Shown here: one piece after another, positions 37,584-46,460 of the stretch
How positions within the stretch are numbered: the first letter of the stretch is position 1
Layout of the letters: each line of letters opens with the position of its first letter
Origin: Hymenobacter sp.
Lineage (GTDB): Bacteria; Bacteroidota; Bacteroidia; Cytophagales; Hymenobacteraceae
Length of the DNA: 64,000 nt
Assembly (NCBI RefSeq): GCF_031398885.1
Contig: NZ_JANNOD010000043.1
Coordinates: 4,415 to 68,414, forward strand
Direction: 5' to 3'
The notes under the pieces: generated by a model
What the model was told of the DNA's origin: nothing
What the model saw: only the letters and a program-made list of their open reading frames with translations
The model's database searches: none
Program-made: the position numbers and the translations under genes

Positions 37584-37960
37584 TTGTCCGTACAACCTAG
37601 TCCTCAGTATCAATTATTTGTTCATGCCCAATTGGATGCTGTGCAATACGGCATCCAGGAAGGAGAGCGCCATTATGAGGTCTGGACAAAGATGTGTGTG
37701 TGGAAATTTCCTGAGAATAAATGGCTCGGCGAAAGCCGTTTTAATACATTAATGGGCAAACCTTACAACTATCATCCCACCATTGAAGAGGCCGTCGGCT
37801 ACAGCGTAGTTGGGTTGTTGCTACCTTGAAAAAAAGCAGTTCATCGATAGATGGAAGTTGCTGACACTTTTACGGATTCCGCCGCCGACACCACGTATAC
37901 CTGTAAGAGTCGGGCGTAGATGTACACACAAAGTAGTTACTTTGTACGTACATTTATGTT

Positions 37961-38221
37961 ATGCACACCCGCCTTATTCGCATAGGAAACTCCCAGGGAA
38001 TCGTTTTGCCCAAGAAGCTTTTGCAACAATACCGCCTCAACGGCGAAGTGGAGTTGCACCCCACGCCCGAGGGCTTGCTCATTAAGCCAATAGCTAGCCT
38101 CGCCCGGCAGGGTTGGGATGCCCAGATGCAAACCGCTCTGGCGGCTGGGCAAGCGCCGGAGGGCGAGCTGCTGGAAGGATTTTCGGACGCGGCCTTTGAG
38201 GAAACGGAGTGGCAGTGGTAG
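37961..38221 (+). CDS. AbrB/MazE-family antitoxin
   Basis: LIRIGNSQGIVLPK motif; overlaps toxin start. Confidence 0.88.
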   Translation: MHTRLIRIGNSQGIVLPKKLLQQYRLNGEVELHPTPEGLLIKPIASLARQGWDAQMQTALAAGQAPEGELLEGFSDAAFEETEWQW

Positions 38222-38544
38222 CCACACCCCAGCGTTTCGAAGTGTGGCTGGTGAATCTGGACCCGACCCAAGGCAGCGAAATTAATAAGACGCGGCCGTG
38301 CGTGGTTATTTCGCCCGATGAGTTGAACCGGTATCTGCGCACGGTCACGGTGGCAGCGCTGACGGGCACGGCGCGCAGCTACCCGTCACGAGTAGATTGC
38401 CAGTTCCAGGGCAAGGTCGGGCAGGTGGCGCTGGACCACATTCGGTCGGTTGATAAGTCGCGGCTGGTGCGCAGACTGGGGGTGCTTTCGGCGGCGACTG
38501 CCCAGGAAGTATGTGCCCGTCTCCTCGAGCTGTTTCAGTACTGA
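38209..38544 (+). CDS. PemK/MazF-family toxin
   Basis: VWLVNLDPTQGSEINKTRPCVVISPDELN, DHIRSVDKSRL. Confidence 0.92.
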   Translation: MAVVATPQRFEVWLVNLDPTQGSEINKTRPCVVISPDELNRYLRTVTVAALTGTARSYPSRVDCQFQGKVGQVALDHIRSVDKSRLVRRLGVLSAATAQEVCARLLELFQY

Positions 38545-38661
38545 TTGTCGCAACCTACTCGCTTATTATCGCAAACCGCAATCTTAACAGTACGAGGCGC
38601 AACCTAGCCCAGTGTCATGCAGTAAAGTGGGAGGTCAATTCACCAATAACTTCTCTTTCGC

Positions 38662-39498
38662 ATGGCTTACATCAAAGCAGGCAACGACACCGCCGGCAAT
38701 CCGGTCAACATTTTCTACGAGGACTGGGGGCAGGGCAACCCGGTGGTGCTCATCCACGGCTGGCCGCTGGACCACACCATGTGGGAGCACCAGGCCATTG
38801 GGTTGGCCAAGGGCGGCTTGCGCGTTATCGCCTACGACCGGCGCGGTTTCGGCCGCTCCTCGCGGCCCTGGACGGGCTACGATTACGACACCTTTGCGGC
38901 GGACCTCAACGCGCTGCTCGAAGAGCTGGACCTGAACAACGTGACGCTGGCGGGCTTCTCGATGGGCGGCGGCGAAATAGCCCGCTACCTGGGCACTTAC
39001 GGCGACGCCCGCATTGCCCGCGTGGCCTTCGTCAGCGCCGTGCCGCCGTTCCTGCTCCAGACGGACAGCAACCCCAACGGCGTGCCCCAGTCGGTGTTCG
39101 ACGGCATGCAGGAAGGCATCATAAAAGACCGGTTCGACTTTTTGCAGGGTTTCTCGAAAAGCTTCTACGGCGTGGGCATGATTAGCCACCCCGTGAGCCA
39201 GGGCGTGCTGGATTGGACGTTTACCGTGGCCGGCCTGGCGGCGCCCAACGCCACCCGCGACTGCGTGACGGCGTTCAGCGCCACCGATTTCCGGGCCGAC
39301 CTGCAGGGCGTGAAGGTGCCGACGCTGGTCATTCACGGCGACAAGGACGCTACGGTGCCGTTCGAGGTCAGCGGCGAACTAACGGCGAAAATGATACCGC
39401 ACGCCGAATTGAAGGTATACAAGGGCGCACCCCACGGCTTGTTCTTCACCGACAAAGACCAACTGACGGCGGACTTGCTGGCGTTTGCCGGCCGATAA
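38662..39498 (+). CDS. Alpha/beta hydrolase (non-heme haloperoxidase/arylesterase-like)
   Basis: LIHGWPL, YDRRGFGRSS, GFSMGGGE, IHGDKDATVP, GAPHGL. Confidence 0.9.
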   Translation: MAYIKAGNDTAGNPVNIFYEDWGQGNPVVLIHGWPLDHTMWEHQAIGLAKGGLRVIAYDRRGFGRSSRPWTGYDYDTFAADLNALLEELDLNNVTLAGFSMGGGEIARYLGTYGDARIARVAFVSAVPPFLLQTDSNPNGVPQSVFDGMQEGIIKDRFDFLQGFSKSFYGVGMISHPVSQGVLDWTFTVAGLAAPNATRDCVTAFSATDFRADLQGVKVPTLVIHGDKDATVPFEVSGELTAKMIPHAELKVYKGAPHGLFFTDKDQLTADLLAFAGR

Positions 39499-39569
39499 TA
39501 TATGGTACGGTGGGACCGTCATGCTTGGATAAGCTCGGCAAGACGGTCCAACCATCGCGTAAATGCAAC

Positions 39570-39602
39570 AAAAAGCCCCGACGCAACTGCGCCGGGGCTT
39601 TT
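39570..39602. terminator. Bidirectional intrinsic terminator
   Basis: AAAAAGCCCCG...CGGGGCTTTT between convergent genes. Confidence 0.75.
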
Positions 39603-39621
39603 CGGTTGGGGGGGCAGCTCG

Positions 39622-40689
39622 TTATGCGGCGCGGCCCATCTGGCGCAGGAAGCCCACGTGCGAGGCAATGGCCGAGCGGGTGCGGGCGTAGTTGTTGTAT
39701 TTCACGTCGAACTCGTCGCAGACCTGCTGCACAATCTTGCTGATGGCGGGGTAGTGCACGTGCGAAATCTTGGGGAACAGGTGATGCTCAATCTGGAAGT
39801 TGAGGCCGCCCACAAGCCAGCTCACCACTTTGTTGTCAGTGGCAAAGTTGGCGGTGGTGCGCACCTGGTGGATGGCCCACTCGTCTTCGAGCTTGCCGGT
39901 GGTGGCGTGGGGCACGGGGAACGCGGCGTCTTCCACGGTGTGAGCAAGCTGGAACACCATGCTCAGCACCAAGCCGGCCACGGCCGTGCTCAACATGAAG
40001 CCGGCGAACCAGGGCAGGAGGCCGACCATGTAGATGGGCAGCGCCACGTAGAGGGCCAGATTCAGCACTTTAAACGCCCAGAAGCTCACGTGCTCGCCCA
40101 CGTTCATGGGCTTGAGGTCGATGGCCCCGATTTGGCGGGTGAAGTACTTCTGGTAGTCCATGGCAAAAATCCAGGACGTGTAGAGCATGCAGTAGAGCAT
40201 CCAGAAGTAGAAGTGCTGATAGCGGTGCAGCGGGTGCTTGGGCTGGTCGGGCGTCATGCGCATCCAGGGCTGGATGTTGATGTCGTCGTCGTGGCCTTCG
40301 ATGTTGGTATAGGTGTGGTGGATGAGGTTGTGCTTGGAGTTCCACATGTAGGGGCTGCCGCCGAGCACGCCCAGGGTGTAAGCGGCCATCCGGTTCACCC
40401 AGGAAAACTGCGAGAAGCTACCGTGGGCGCCGTCGTGCATCACGTTGAAGCCAATGGCGGCAATGGTGCAGCCCAACAAAGCACACTCCAACAAAGCCCA
40501 ACCCGTGGCCGGCGTGAAAAACACCAAATGCACGTACAGGGCCGCCATGATGCTCACCAGTAACACGGCCTTGAACAAGAGGCTGAAGTTGCCGGTCATC
40601 GGCTGGCCCGATTCCTCAAAATACTGATTGATGCGGGTTTTGAGCTCGGTGTGAAACGAGCGGGTAGCGGCAAACTTGGGTAAGGCCAT
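39622..40689 (-). CDS. Acyl-CoA / fatty acid desaturase
   Basis: His boxes HDGAHG, HNLIHHTYTN, QIEHHLFP. Confidence 0.92.
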   Translation of the reverse strand: MALPKFAATRSFHTELKTRINQYFEESGQPMTGNFSLLFKAVLLVSIMAALYVHLVFFTPATGWALLECALLGCTIAAIGFNVMHDGAHGSFSQFSWVNRMAAYTLGVLGGSPYMWNSKHNLIHHTYTNIEGHDDDINIQPWMRMTPDQPKHPLHRYQHFYFWMLYCMLYTSWIFAMDYQKYFTRQIGAIDLKPMNVGEHVSFWAFKVLNLALYVALPIYMVGLLPWFAGFMLSTAVAGLVLSMVFQLAHTVEDAAFPVPHATTGKLEDEWAIHQVRTTANFATDNKVVSWLVGGLNFQIEHHLFPKISHVHYPAISKIVQQVCDEFDVKYNNYARTRSAIASHVGFLRQMGRAA

Positions 40690-40747
40690 GGGCGGGTTTT
40701 GAAGGGGAGCGACAAAGGTACCCTGCTCCAACGCCTTAGTCCCCCAC

Positions 40748-41242
40748 TTAGTTTAGATACGCGTGCCAGTTCTGGTCGATGGTGCCCGCCGAAAGCTTGA
40801 GAAACCCGGCCAGCGTGGGCTTTTTGGGCTGCTGTCGGATGGTGAGGCCGGCCTCGTTGGGGGTGTGGTGGCCCTTGGCGTGGTTGCAGCGGGCGCAGGC
40901 CGTGAGCAGGTTGGTCCAGCTCGACTCGCCGCCGCGGGAGCGGGGCACCACGTGGTCCAGCGTCAGGTTTTTAGTCGAGCCGCAGTACTGGCACTCAAAA
41001 TGGTCGCGCTTGAAGATGTTGTGGCGGCTGAGGGCAATACCTTTATAGGGCACGCGCACGTAGCGTTGCAAGCGGATGATGCTGGGCTTGGGGTAGGCGT
41101 GCGAGACGGTGCGCAGCGTGCCGTGCTCCGACTTGGCCACCATTTCCGCTTTGTCGAGGAACAGAAGCACAAATGCTTTTTGCACACTGCACAGGGTGAT
41201 GGCGGTATAGTCGCCATTCAGCACTAATACTTTTTGGTCCAT
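40748..41242 (-). CDS. HNH endonuclease (McrA-like)
   Basis: RDHFECQYCG...TLDHVVPRSRGG...NLLTACARCNHAKG. Confidence 0.9.
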   Translation of the reverse strand: MDQKVLVLNGDYTAITLCSVQKAFVLLFLDKAEMVAKSEHGTLRTVSHAYPKPSIIRLQRYVRVPYKGIALSRHNIFKRDHFECQYCGSTKNLTLDHVVPRSRGGESSWTNLLTACARCNHAKGHHTPNEAGLTIRQQPKKPTLAGFLKLSAGTIDQNWHAYLN

Positions 41243-41347
41243 ACACGATGGGGGGGCTCGGATAACCCGCCGAAAGCTAGCGGTTTCCCGCCGCATAAAC
41301 AAGCCCTGGGGGGTTAAGTTCAGTAGCTAGCGGTCGATAAACAGCAC

Positions 41348-41441
41348 GTCATGTCGAGCGCAGCCGAGACATCTCGCCCGCGTCGTTCCACTTTTTTGAT
41401 TACTTGCCCAAGCGAGATGTCTCGGCTGCGCTCGACATCAC
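41348..41441. repeat. CGTC-type REP doublet
   Basis: GTCATGTCGAGCGCAGCCGAGACATCTCGC / GCGAGATGTCTCGGCTGCGCTCGACATCAC. Confidence 0.85.
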
Positions 41442-41467
41442 GGCTTGGTATCCGCCAGATGTCTTCC

Positions 41468-42259
41468 CTATTCCGGCAGCAGGCGCTTGAGCAAGCGCAG
41501 CTTGTGGGAGTAACGCTGCCGGTCGCGGTTGAAGATGCCGTTGTGGTCGAGCGGGTCGAGACGCACTTCGCCGTGGGCGTGCAGGATTTGGCCTTCGTCC
41601 AGCACCATGCCCACGTGCACGATGCGGCCCTCGGCGTTGTCGAAAAAGGCAAGGTCGCCGGGCCGGGCCTGGGCCACGAAATGCACGGGGCGGCCGTGGT
41701 CAATCTGCTGGCGGGCATCCCGCGGGAGCTGAATGCCCACCAGGCCGTAAAGCTGCTGGGCCAGGCCGGAACAATCGAGGCCGAAGACACTTTTGCCGCC
41801 CCACACGTAGGGCGCTTTCAGGTACATGAGAGCCGTTTTGCGCAGCAGGGCGGCCTGGCGGGCGGCGTCGGGCGCGGCGGCGGGGTTGGTGGCCGCGCCG
41901 TTGAAGAAGTAGCTGCGCTCGCCCACGCGCACGTTCATGCCGTCGAAAAACGGCAGGCGGCAGCCCAGGGTGAGCGGGATTTTGGTGGTCGCGTCGCTCA
42001 CGGCCTGCACCACGTCGAGGGCGCGGGGGTGGTCCTGGGCGCACCACTCGGCGTAGTAGCCGGCCGAAACCGGCGTATGCTGCTTAAAATCGACCCAGCC
42101 CACGTAGCCGTCAGCGGCGAGCTGCACCTGCAGCCAATGGTCTTGCGTGAGCAAAATCTGGTAGCACTCGCCGAAGAGCAGTTGGGTAACCAGCTCGGCC
42201 CGGTCGTTGGGCTCGGCGCGGACGGGGACGGCGCTCAGCGCGCAGATGCCGGGATTCAA
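41468..42259 (-). CDS. SH3 + NlpC/P60 (C40) cell-wall peptidase
   Basis: ELVTQLLFGE, APYVWGGKSVFGLDCSG, LPRDARQQ, HVGMV, ILHAHG; start codon uncertain. Confidence 0.88.
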   Translation of the reverse strand: MNPGICALSAVPVRAEPNDRAELVTQLLFGECYQILLTQDHWLQVQLAADGYVGWVDFKQHTPVSAGYYAEWCAQDHPRALDVVQAVSDATTKIPLTLGCRLPFFDGMNVRVGERSYFFNGAATNPAAAPDAARQAALLRKTALMYLKAPYVWGGKSVFGLDCSGLAQQLYGLVGIQLPRDARQQIDHGRPVHFVAQARPGDLAFFDNAEGRIVHVGMVLDEGQILHAHGEVRLDPLDHNGIFNRDRQRYSHKLRLLKRLLPE

Positions 42260-42308
42260 ATTGATGTGCTGATTAGGTGATGTGCTGGGGCAAAGAACGG
42301 CGCCGCCT

Positions 42309-42499
42309 GTCATTGCGAGCGCAGCGCGGCAATCCTTCTTTGCTTAGCCATTTTCCCTTTAAGACGTGATAAACCCTTTATCTGGCAACCCCTTCTAATT
42401 TTTAAAACAAGCGCTGAGACTGCGTAGGGTCATGGCTCGTCACATTATCAGGATTGTCACCTTTATAAGGAAGGATTGCCGCGCTGCGCTCGCAATGAC
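42309..42499. repeat. CGTC-type REP doublet with long AT-rich spacer
   Basis: GTCATTGCGAGCGCAGCGCGGCAATCCTTC / GAAGGATTGCCGCGCTGCGCTCGCAATGAC (perfect 30-nt IR). Confidence 0.85.
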
Positions 42500-42506
42500 A
42501 AGCGGG

Positions 42507-42965
42507 CTACATTCTTTCCATGTCGCGCTTCTGGGCTTTTTCTTTGAGGTCGTTGCGCTTGTCGTAGAGCTTTTTGCCCTGAGCGAGGGCAATTTCGATT
42601 TTGGCGAAGCCGCGGTCGGTCACGAACAGGCGCAGGGGGATGATGGTGAGGCCCTGGTCGACGCTTTTGCCGGCCAGCTGCTTGAGCTCGCGCTTGTTGA
42701 GCAGGAGCTTGCGCTCGCGCATGGCGTCGTGATTGTTGTAAGTGCCCAGCGAGTAGGGCGCGATGCGGATGGAGTGAATCCAGAGGCTGCCGTCGGTGTG
42801 GAACAGGCAGTAGCCGTCGGTCAGGTTCACGTTGCCTTCGCGCACGCTTTTGATTTCGGTGCCTTGCAGCATCACGCCCGCGTCGTACTTGGCCAGGAAG
42901 CTGTATTCGTGGCTGGCGCGGCGGTTCTTGATGTTGATGATGGCGGGTTTATCGTCTTTGGCCAT
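42507..42965 (-). CDS. smpB: SsrA-binding protein
   Basis: KNRRASHEY, AGVMLQGTEIKSVR, RERKLLLNKRE, GKKLYDKR. Confidence 0.97.
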   Translation of the reverse strand: MAKDDKPAIINIKNRRASHEYSFLAKYDAGVMLQGTEIKSVREGNVNLTDGYCLFHTDGSLWIHSIRIAPYSLGTYNNHDAMRERKLLLNKRELKQLAGKSVDQGLTIIPLRLFVTDRGFAKIEIALAQGKKLYDKRNDLKEKAQKRDMERM

Positions 42966-42992
42966 GCTTACATAGTTGTCAGTTGCTCGTTG

Positions 42993-43448
42993 TCAGTTGT
43001 CGGCCAGGCCAAGGAAGTGGTACGGACCAGAAGGTGCGGGGGCCGCGGCTTGCAGGGCGGCGAAATGGGCCGCCCGGCGGGCGCGGGCCCCGATGTGCTG
43101 CCCCGTGGTGCCGGTAGCCACGAGACGCGGCCCCACGCGGGCTTCTACGGCGCAGCACAAATTTGCGCCGTGGAGGGCGTCAAAGGTAACCGTCACCACT
43201 ACGGTTTCGCTGGCAAAAGCGGGCGCGTGGTGCCAGATGAACAGCTCGGTGCCGACGCCTACCCCGTCGGCTCCTTTCATCTCGGGCACAAATAGACGGG
43301 CGGCCCACTCCATCTCGCAACCCAGGGCAAAGGTGCTGAGGACTTTATGCACCGGGCCACCGGCGGCGGGGCTGAAGTCGGCCCGGTCGGCGGGGCCGAC
43401 CATGTAGCAGGGGATTGTGACAGCGCCGGGGCGAAAGAGGTTGGCCAT
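42993..43448 (-). CDS. Hotdog-fold thioesterase (FlK-like)
   Basis: VLSTFALGCEMEWAA, GVGTELFIWHHAP, VATGTTGQ. Confidence 0.75.
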   Translation of the reverse strand: MANLFRPGAVTIPCYMVGPADRADFSPAAGGPVHKVLSTFALGCEMEWAARLFVPEMKGADGVGVGTELFIWHHAPAFASETVVVTVTFDALHGANLCCAVEARVGPRLVATGTTGQHIGARARRAAHFAALQAAAPAPSGPYHFLGLADN

Positions 43449-43538
43449 GAGCAGTGAACAAAGTGGGCTCCAAGCCGCCCCGGGCCCTACCTTGGACGCA
43501 GCAGACCGCTGGGTTAGGGGTGTGCCCGTACTATTCGG

Positions 43539-44624
43539 ATGGAGCCGTCATTTGTTTTTTCCAATCAGCCGGCCTGGCGCTGGTGGCGGCACGGCGCGCT
43601 GCTGGCCGCGCTGTTCGTGTATTTTTTCGTCACCCTGGTCACGTTCGGCCGCGGCCCGGGGGCCCGGGTGAGCGACTACGACTATGTCCGGCTGGGTTTG
43701 CTCGACGCCGCCGGGCGCACGTTGCTAACCGTCCTGTTGCTGTATCCGCTGCTGTATTACTACCTGCCGCGGCTGTTTCGGGGCGGGCCCACGCTGGTGC
43801 TGGCGGGCGCGGTGGCGGCCACGGGCCTGGCCGGCTACGGGCTGACCCGGTACGTGATTTACCCGTTCCAGGCCCTGATTGGTTACGACGCCGCGCCGCC
43901 CACGCTGGCCTTTGGGAGCATCCACGCCTTGTCGCGCATCAGCTTTGCCGTGGTGCTGGGCCTGGTGGTGAAGCTGAGCAAGAGTTGGTTTCTGACCCAG
44001 GCCGCGCGGCAGCAGGCCGAGCAGACCCGGACGGCGGCCGAGCTGCAGGTGCTCAAGGCCCAGCTGCAGCCCCATTTTCTGTTCAACACCCTCAACAACC
44101 TCTACGCCGAAACGCTGGGCAAAGCCGACGCTGCCGCGGAGATGATACTAAAGCTGAGCGACGTGCTGGGCTACGTGCTCTACGAAAGCCACCGGCCCCG
44201 GGTGCCCCTGGCGGCCGAAATCCGGCTGCTGAAAAACTACCTGGCGCTGGAGCGCCTGCGCTACGGCGACCGGCTCGACCTGACGTTTGCCGTGCGCGGG
44301 GCCATCAACGGCCAGCAGGTACCGCCCTTGCTGCTGCTGCCGCTGGTCGAAAACGCCTTTAAGCACGGCGCCAGCGAGGCGCTGGAAGCACGCACCTGGC
44401 TCCGCATCGACGTGGACGTAAGTTCCGACTGCCTGCGCCTGGCCGTGCGCAACCCCTGCCCGCCGCCGGGCACGCCCACCCGCCCAAGCACCGCGGCGGC
44501 CGGCGGCCTGGGCCTGCGCAACCTCCGGCAGCAACTGGCGTTGCTCTACGGCCCGGCCGCCGACCTCGCTGCGCAACGGGGCCCCGACGACGTATTCACC
44601 GCTGATTTACGCATTCCGCTATGA
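43539..44624 (+). CDS. LytS/YehU-type sensor histidine kinase
   Basis: Four TM segments; ELQVLKAQLQPHFLFNTLNNLY, PLVENAFKHG, GGLGLRN. Confidence 0.92.
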   Translation: MEPSFVFSNQPAWRWWRHGALLAALFVYFFVTLVTFGRGPGARVSDYDYVRLGLLDAAGRTLLTVLLLYPLLYYYLPRLFRGGPTLVLAGAVAATGLAGYGLTRYVIYPFQALIGYDAAPPTLAFGSIHALSRISFAVVLGLVVKLSKSWFLTQAARQQAEQTRTAAELQVLKAQLQPHFLFNTLNNLYAETLGKADAAAEMILKLSDVLGYVLYESHRPRVPLAAEIRLLKNYLALERLRYGDRLDLTFAVRGAINGQQVPPLLLLPLVENAFKHGASEALEARTWLRIDVDVSSDCLRLAVRNPCPPPGTPTRPSTAAAGGLGLRNLRQQLALLYGPAADLAAQRGPDDVFTADLRIPL

Positions 44625-45364
44625 CGACTGCTGCCCTGCCCGCCGCGACGGCCCCCGCGTTGCGCTGCCTGGTCGTGGACGACGAACCGCTGGCCATCCG
44701 CGTGCTCGAACGGTTTATTGCCGCCGCGCCCGGCCTGGAACTGGCGGCCACGGCCCGCCACGCTATCGAAGCTTTTGAGCTGTTGCACCGGCAGAAAATC
44801 GACGTGCTGTTTCTCGACATCAACCTGCCCCGGCTCTCGGGGCTGGACTTTGTGAAGGCCTTGAAAAACCCGCCGTCGGTCATCTTCACCACTGCCCACC
44901 GCGAATTTGCCGCCGACGGCTTCGAACTAGACGCCGTGGATTACCTCGTCAAGCCGATTGCATTCGAGCGGTTTGCGCGGGCTGTCGCCAAGCTGCCGCG
45001 GCCCGCCCCGCCCGCCCCGGCACCCGAGCCGGCCCCGGCTACGCACCTGTTCGTCCACCTCGGCCGCCAGCTGGTGAAGGTGCCCCTCGACGAGCTGCTT
45101 TACGCCGAGAGCCGCAAAGACTACGTCCGGCTCGTGACCCGGGCGCGCAGTCTATTAGTCAAGCAAGGCCTCGGAGCCCTGGCCGAGCAGCTGCTGCCGA
45201 ACCGCTTCTGCCGCATCCACCGCTCGTTTTTGGTGAACCTGGCGCACGTTGAGGCCCACGGCCGCACGGCCGTCACGGTGGGCGGAACCCGGCTGCCGCT
45301 CGGCCGGCTCTACCGCGCCGCGGCCCTGCGGCAACTGGCGGTGGCCTGCGCCCCTACAGCTTAA
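44621..45364 (+). CDS. LytTR-family response regulator
   Basis: LVVDDEP, LFLDINLP, IFTTAH, DYLVKP, FCRIHRSFLVN. Confidence 0.93.
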   Translation: MTTAALPAATAPALRCLVVDDEPLAIRVLERFIAAAPGLELAATARHAIEAFELLHRQKIDVLFLDINLPRLSGLDFVKALKNPPSVIFTTAHREFAADGFELDAVDYLVKPIAFERFARAVAKLPRPAPPAPAPEPAPATHLFVHLGRQLVKVPLDELLYAESRKDYVRLVTRARSLLVKQGLGALAEQLLPNRFCRIHRSFLVNLAHVEAHGRTAVTVGGTRLPLGRLYRAAALRQLAVACAPTA

Positions 45365-46277
45365 CTTTCAACTGGTTCAGCGGGATGGAATAAATGTCTT
45401 CGCGCACAAGCTGACCGTCTTTGCGGATGTTGCGGGCAAAGTACAGCGTCTGGGTGCGTTGGTCGACAAAGGGGCAGAACTCCCCGTCCGGCGTGTTCAC
45501 CTCCGGCCCCAGATTGACGGGCTCCGACCACTGGTCGCCGGGCCGGCGGCGGCTCAGGTACAGGTCCACGTCGCCGAAGCCGCCGGGCCGGTCGGCGAAG
45601 AACAGCAGGTACGACTCGTCGGGAGCGACGTAGGGATTGGAGTCCGACTCGGCGGTGTTGATGGGCGGCCCGAGGTTGACCGGCGCCTCGTAGGCCCCCT
45701 GACTGAGGCGGGCCCGGTACACGTCGATTTTGCCGGCGCCGCCGGGCCGGTCGGAGGCAAAGTACAGGTTGCCGTTGGTGGCCTGGGTGGCGTAGAAGTC
45801 GGAAGCGGGCGAATTCACGCCCGCACCGCCCAGCGGGTAAGACCGGCCGGCCACCGCGCCGCGCGGGTCCAGGTCCACGGCCCACACGTTGAAGTCGGTG
45901 CGAGTGCTGTCGCCGGGGTGGTGCGTCGAGTTGAAAATGAGCCGTCGGCCGTCGGCCGTCGCGAAGGGGTCGATGTTGCGCACACGGGCGGGAAGGCCCA
46001 GCGGCACGGGCGTGGGCAGCTGCCAGCGCCCGCCCCGGCGGGTCGATTCGAGCAGCACAAGGGTGTCGCGCTTGGGCGTGGCCCGCACGAAGTAGGCGTG
46101 CTGCCCGTTGGGCGCGAGCGTAAAGCCAAAATTTTGGCCGCGCGAAATCACGCCGGGCTCGAATACCGTGGCCTGGGCATACGCCAGCGGGGCGGCCAGC
46201 ACCAGAAAGACGGTTGAGCCCAGGGCCCGATTACGTGCGGGGGAAGCGCCGGGAGCAAAGCTAAGGTTGTGGGTCAT
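45354..46277 (-). CDS. Secreted PD40/TolB-like beta-propeller protein
   Basis: Repeats LYFASDRPGG..D.Y, NLGP.INT...D..P. Confidence 0.85.
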   Translation of the reverse strand: MTHNLSFAPGASPARNRALGSTVFLVLAAPLAYAQATVFEPGVISRGQNFGFTLAPNGQHAYFVRATPKRDTLVLLESTRRGGRWQLPTPVPLGLPARVRNIDPFATADGRRLIFNSTHHPGDSTRTDFNVWAVDLDPRGAVAGRSYPLGGAGVNSPASDFYATQATNGNLYFASDRPGGAGKIDVYRARLSQGAYEAPVNLGPPINTAESDSNPYVAPDESYLLFFADRPGGFGDVDLYLSRRRPGDQWSEPVNLGPEVNTPDGEFCPFVDQRTQTLYFARNIRKDGQLVREDIYSIPLNQLKVKL

Positions 46278-46460
46278 GGGTTCGTTGCGTATTGAGAAAC
46301 GCAAAGAGAATCCCAACCATTAGCGACGGCGGGCAAATGACCCCGCAAGTGCGTTTTGAGTCGGCAGACAACCGAACCGGCCTCAAATTCCCGCCGCAGC
46401 GGCCCGAAACGGCCGTTCGTCGCCCGCAACCGGTTGTTGGTTGCGGCGGCAGCTCCTGCC

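Larger units (their letters stand above)
36795..37597 (+). mobile_element. IS5-family (IS427-like) insertion sequence, 803 bp
   Basis: Perfect TIR GGTTGTACGGACAATTA / TAATTGTCCGTACAACC; TA duplicated at a CTAG target. Confidence 0.92.
36494..37829 (+). pseudogene. Lipoprotein gene interrupted by IS5-family element
   Basis: Joining 36494-36794 to 37600-37829 gives a continuous 176-aa ORF (MRAFLLLSLFLSGC...TFNLA|SPQYQLF...GLLLP*). Confidence 0.85.

Noticed and set aside
40748-41242. HNH gene as a mobile homing endonuclease or defence nuclease
   Set aside because: Host-like codon usage; looks like the conserved stand-alone McrA-type HNH common in this phylum; no intron or methylase context
42309-42506. 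tmRNA (ssrA) beside smpB
   Set aside because: Region is a REP doublet with an AT-rich spacer; no GGGG 5' end, T-arm or CCA-type 3' end
46278-46460. LytTR direct-repeat operator upstream of the PD40 gene
   Set aside because: Candidate half-sites are weak and not at the expected ~21-nt spacing
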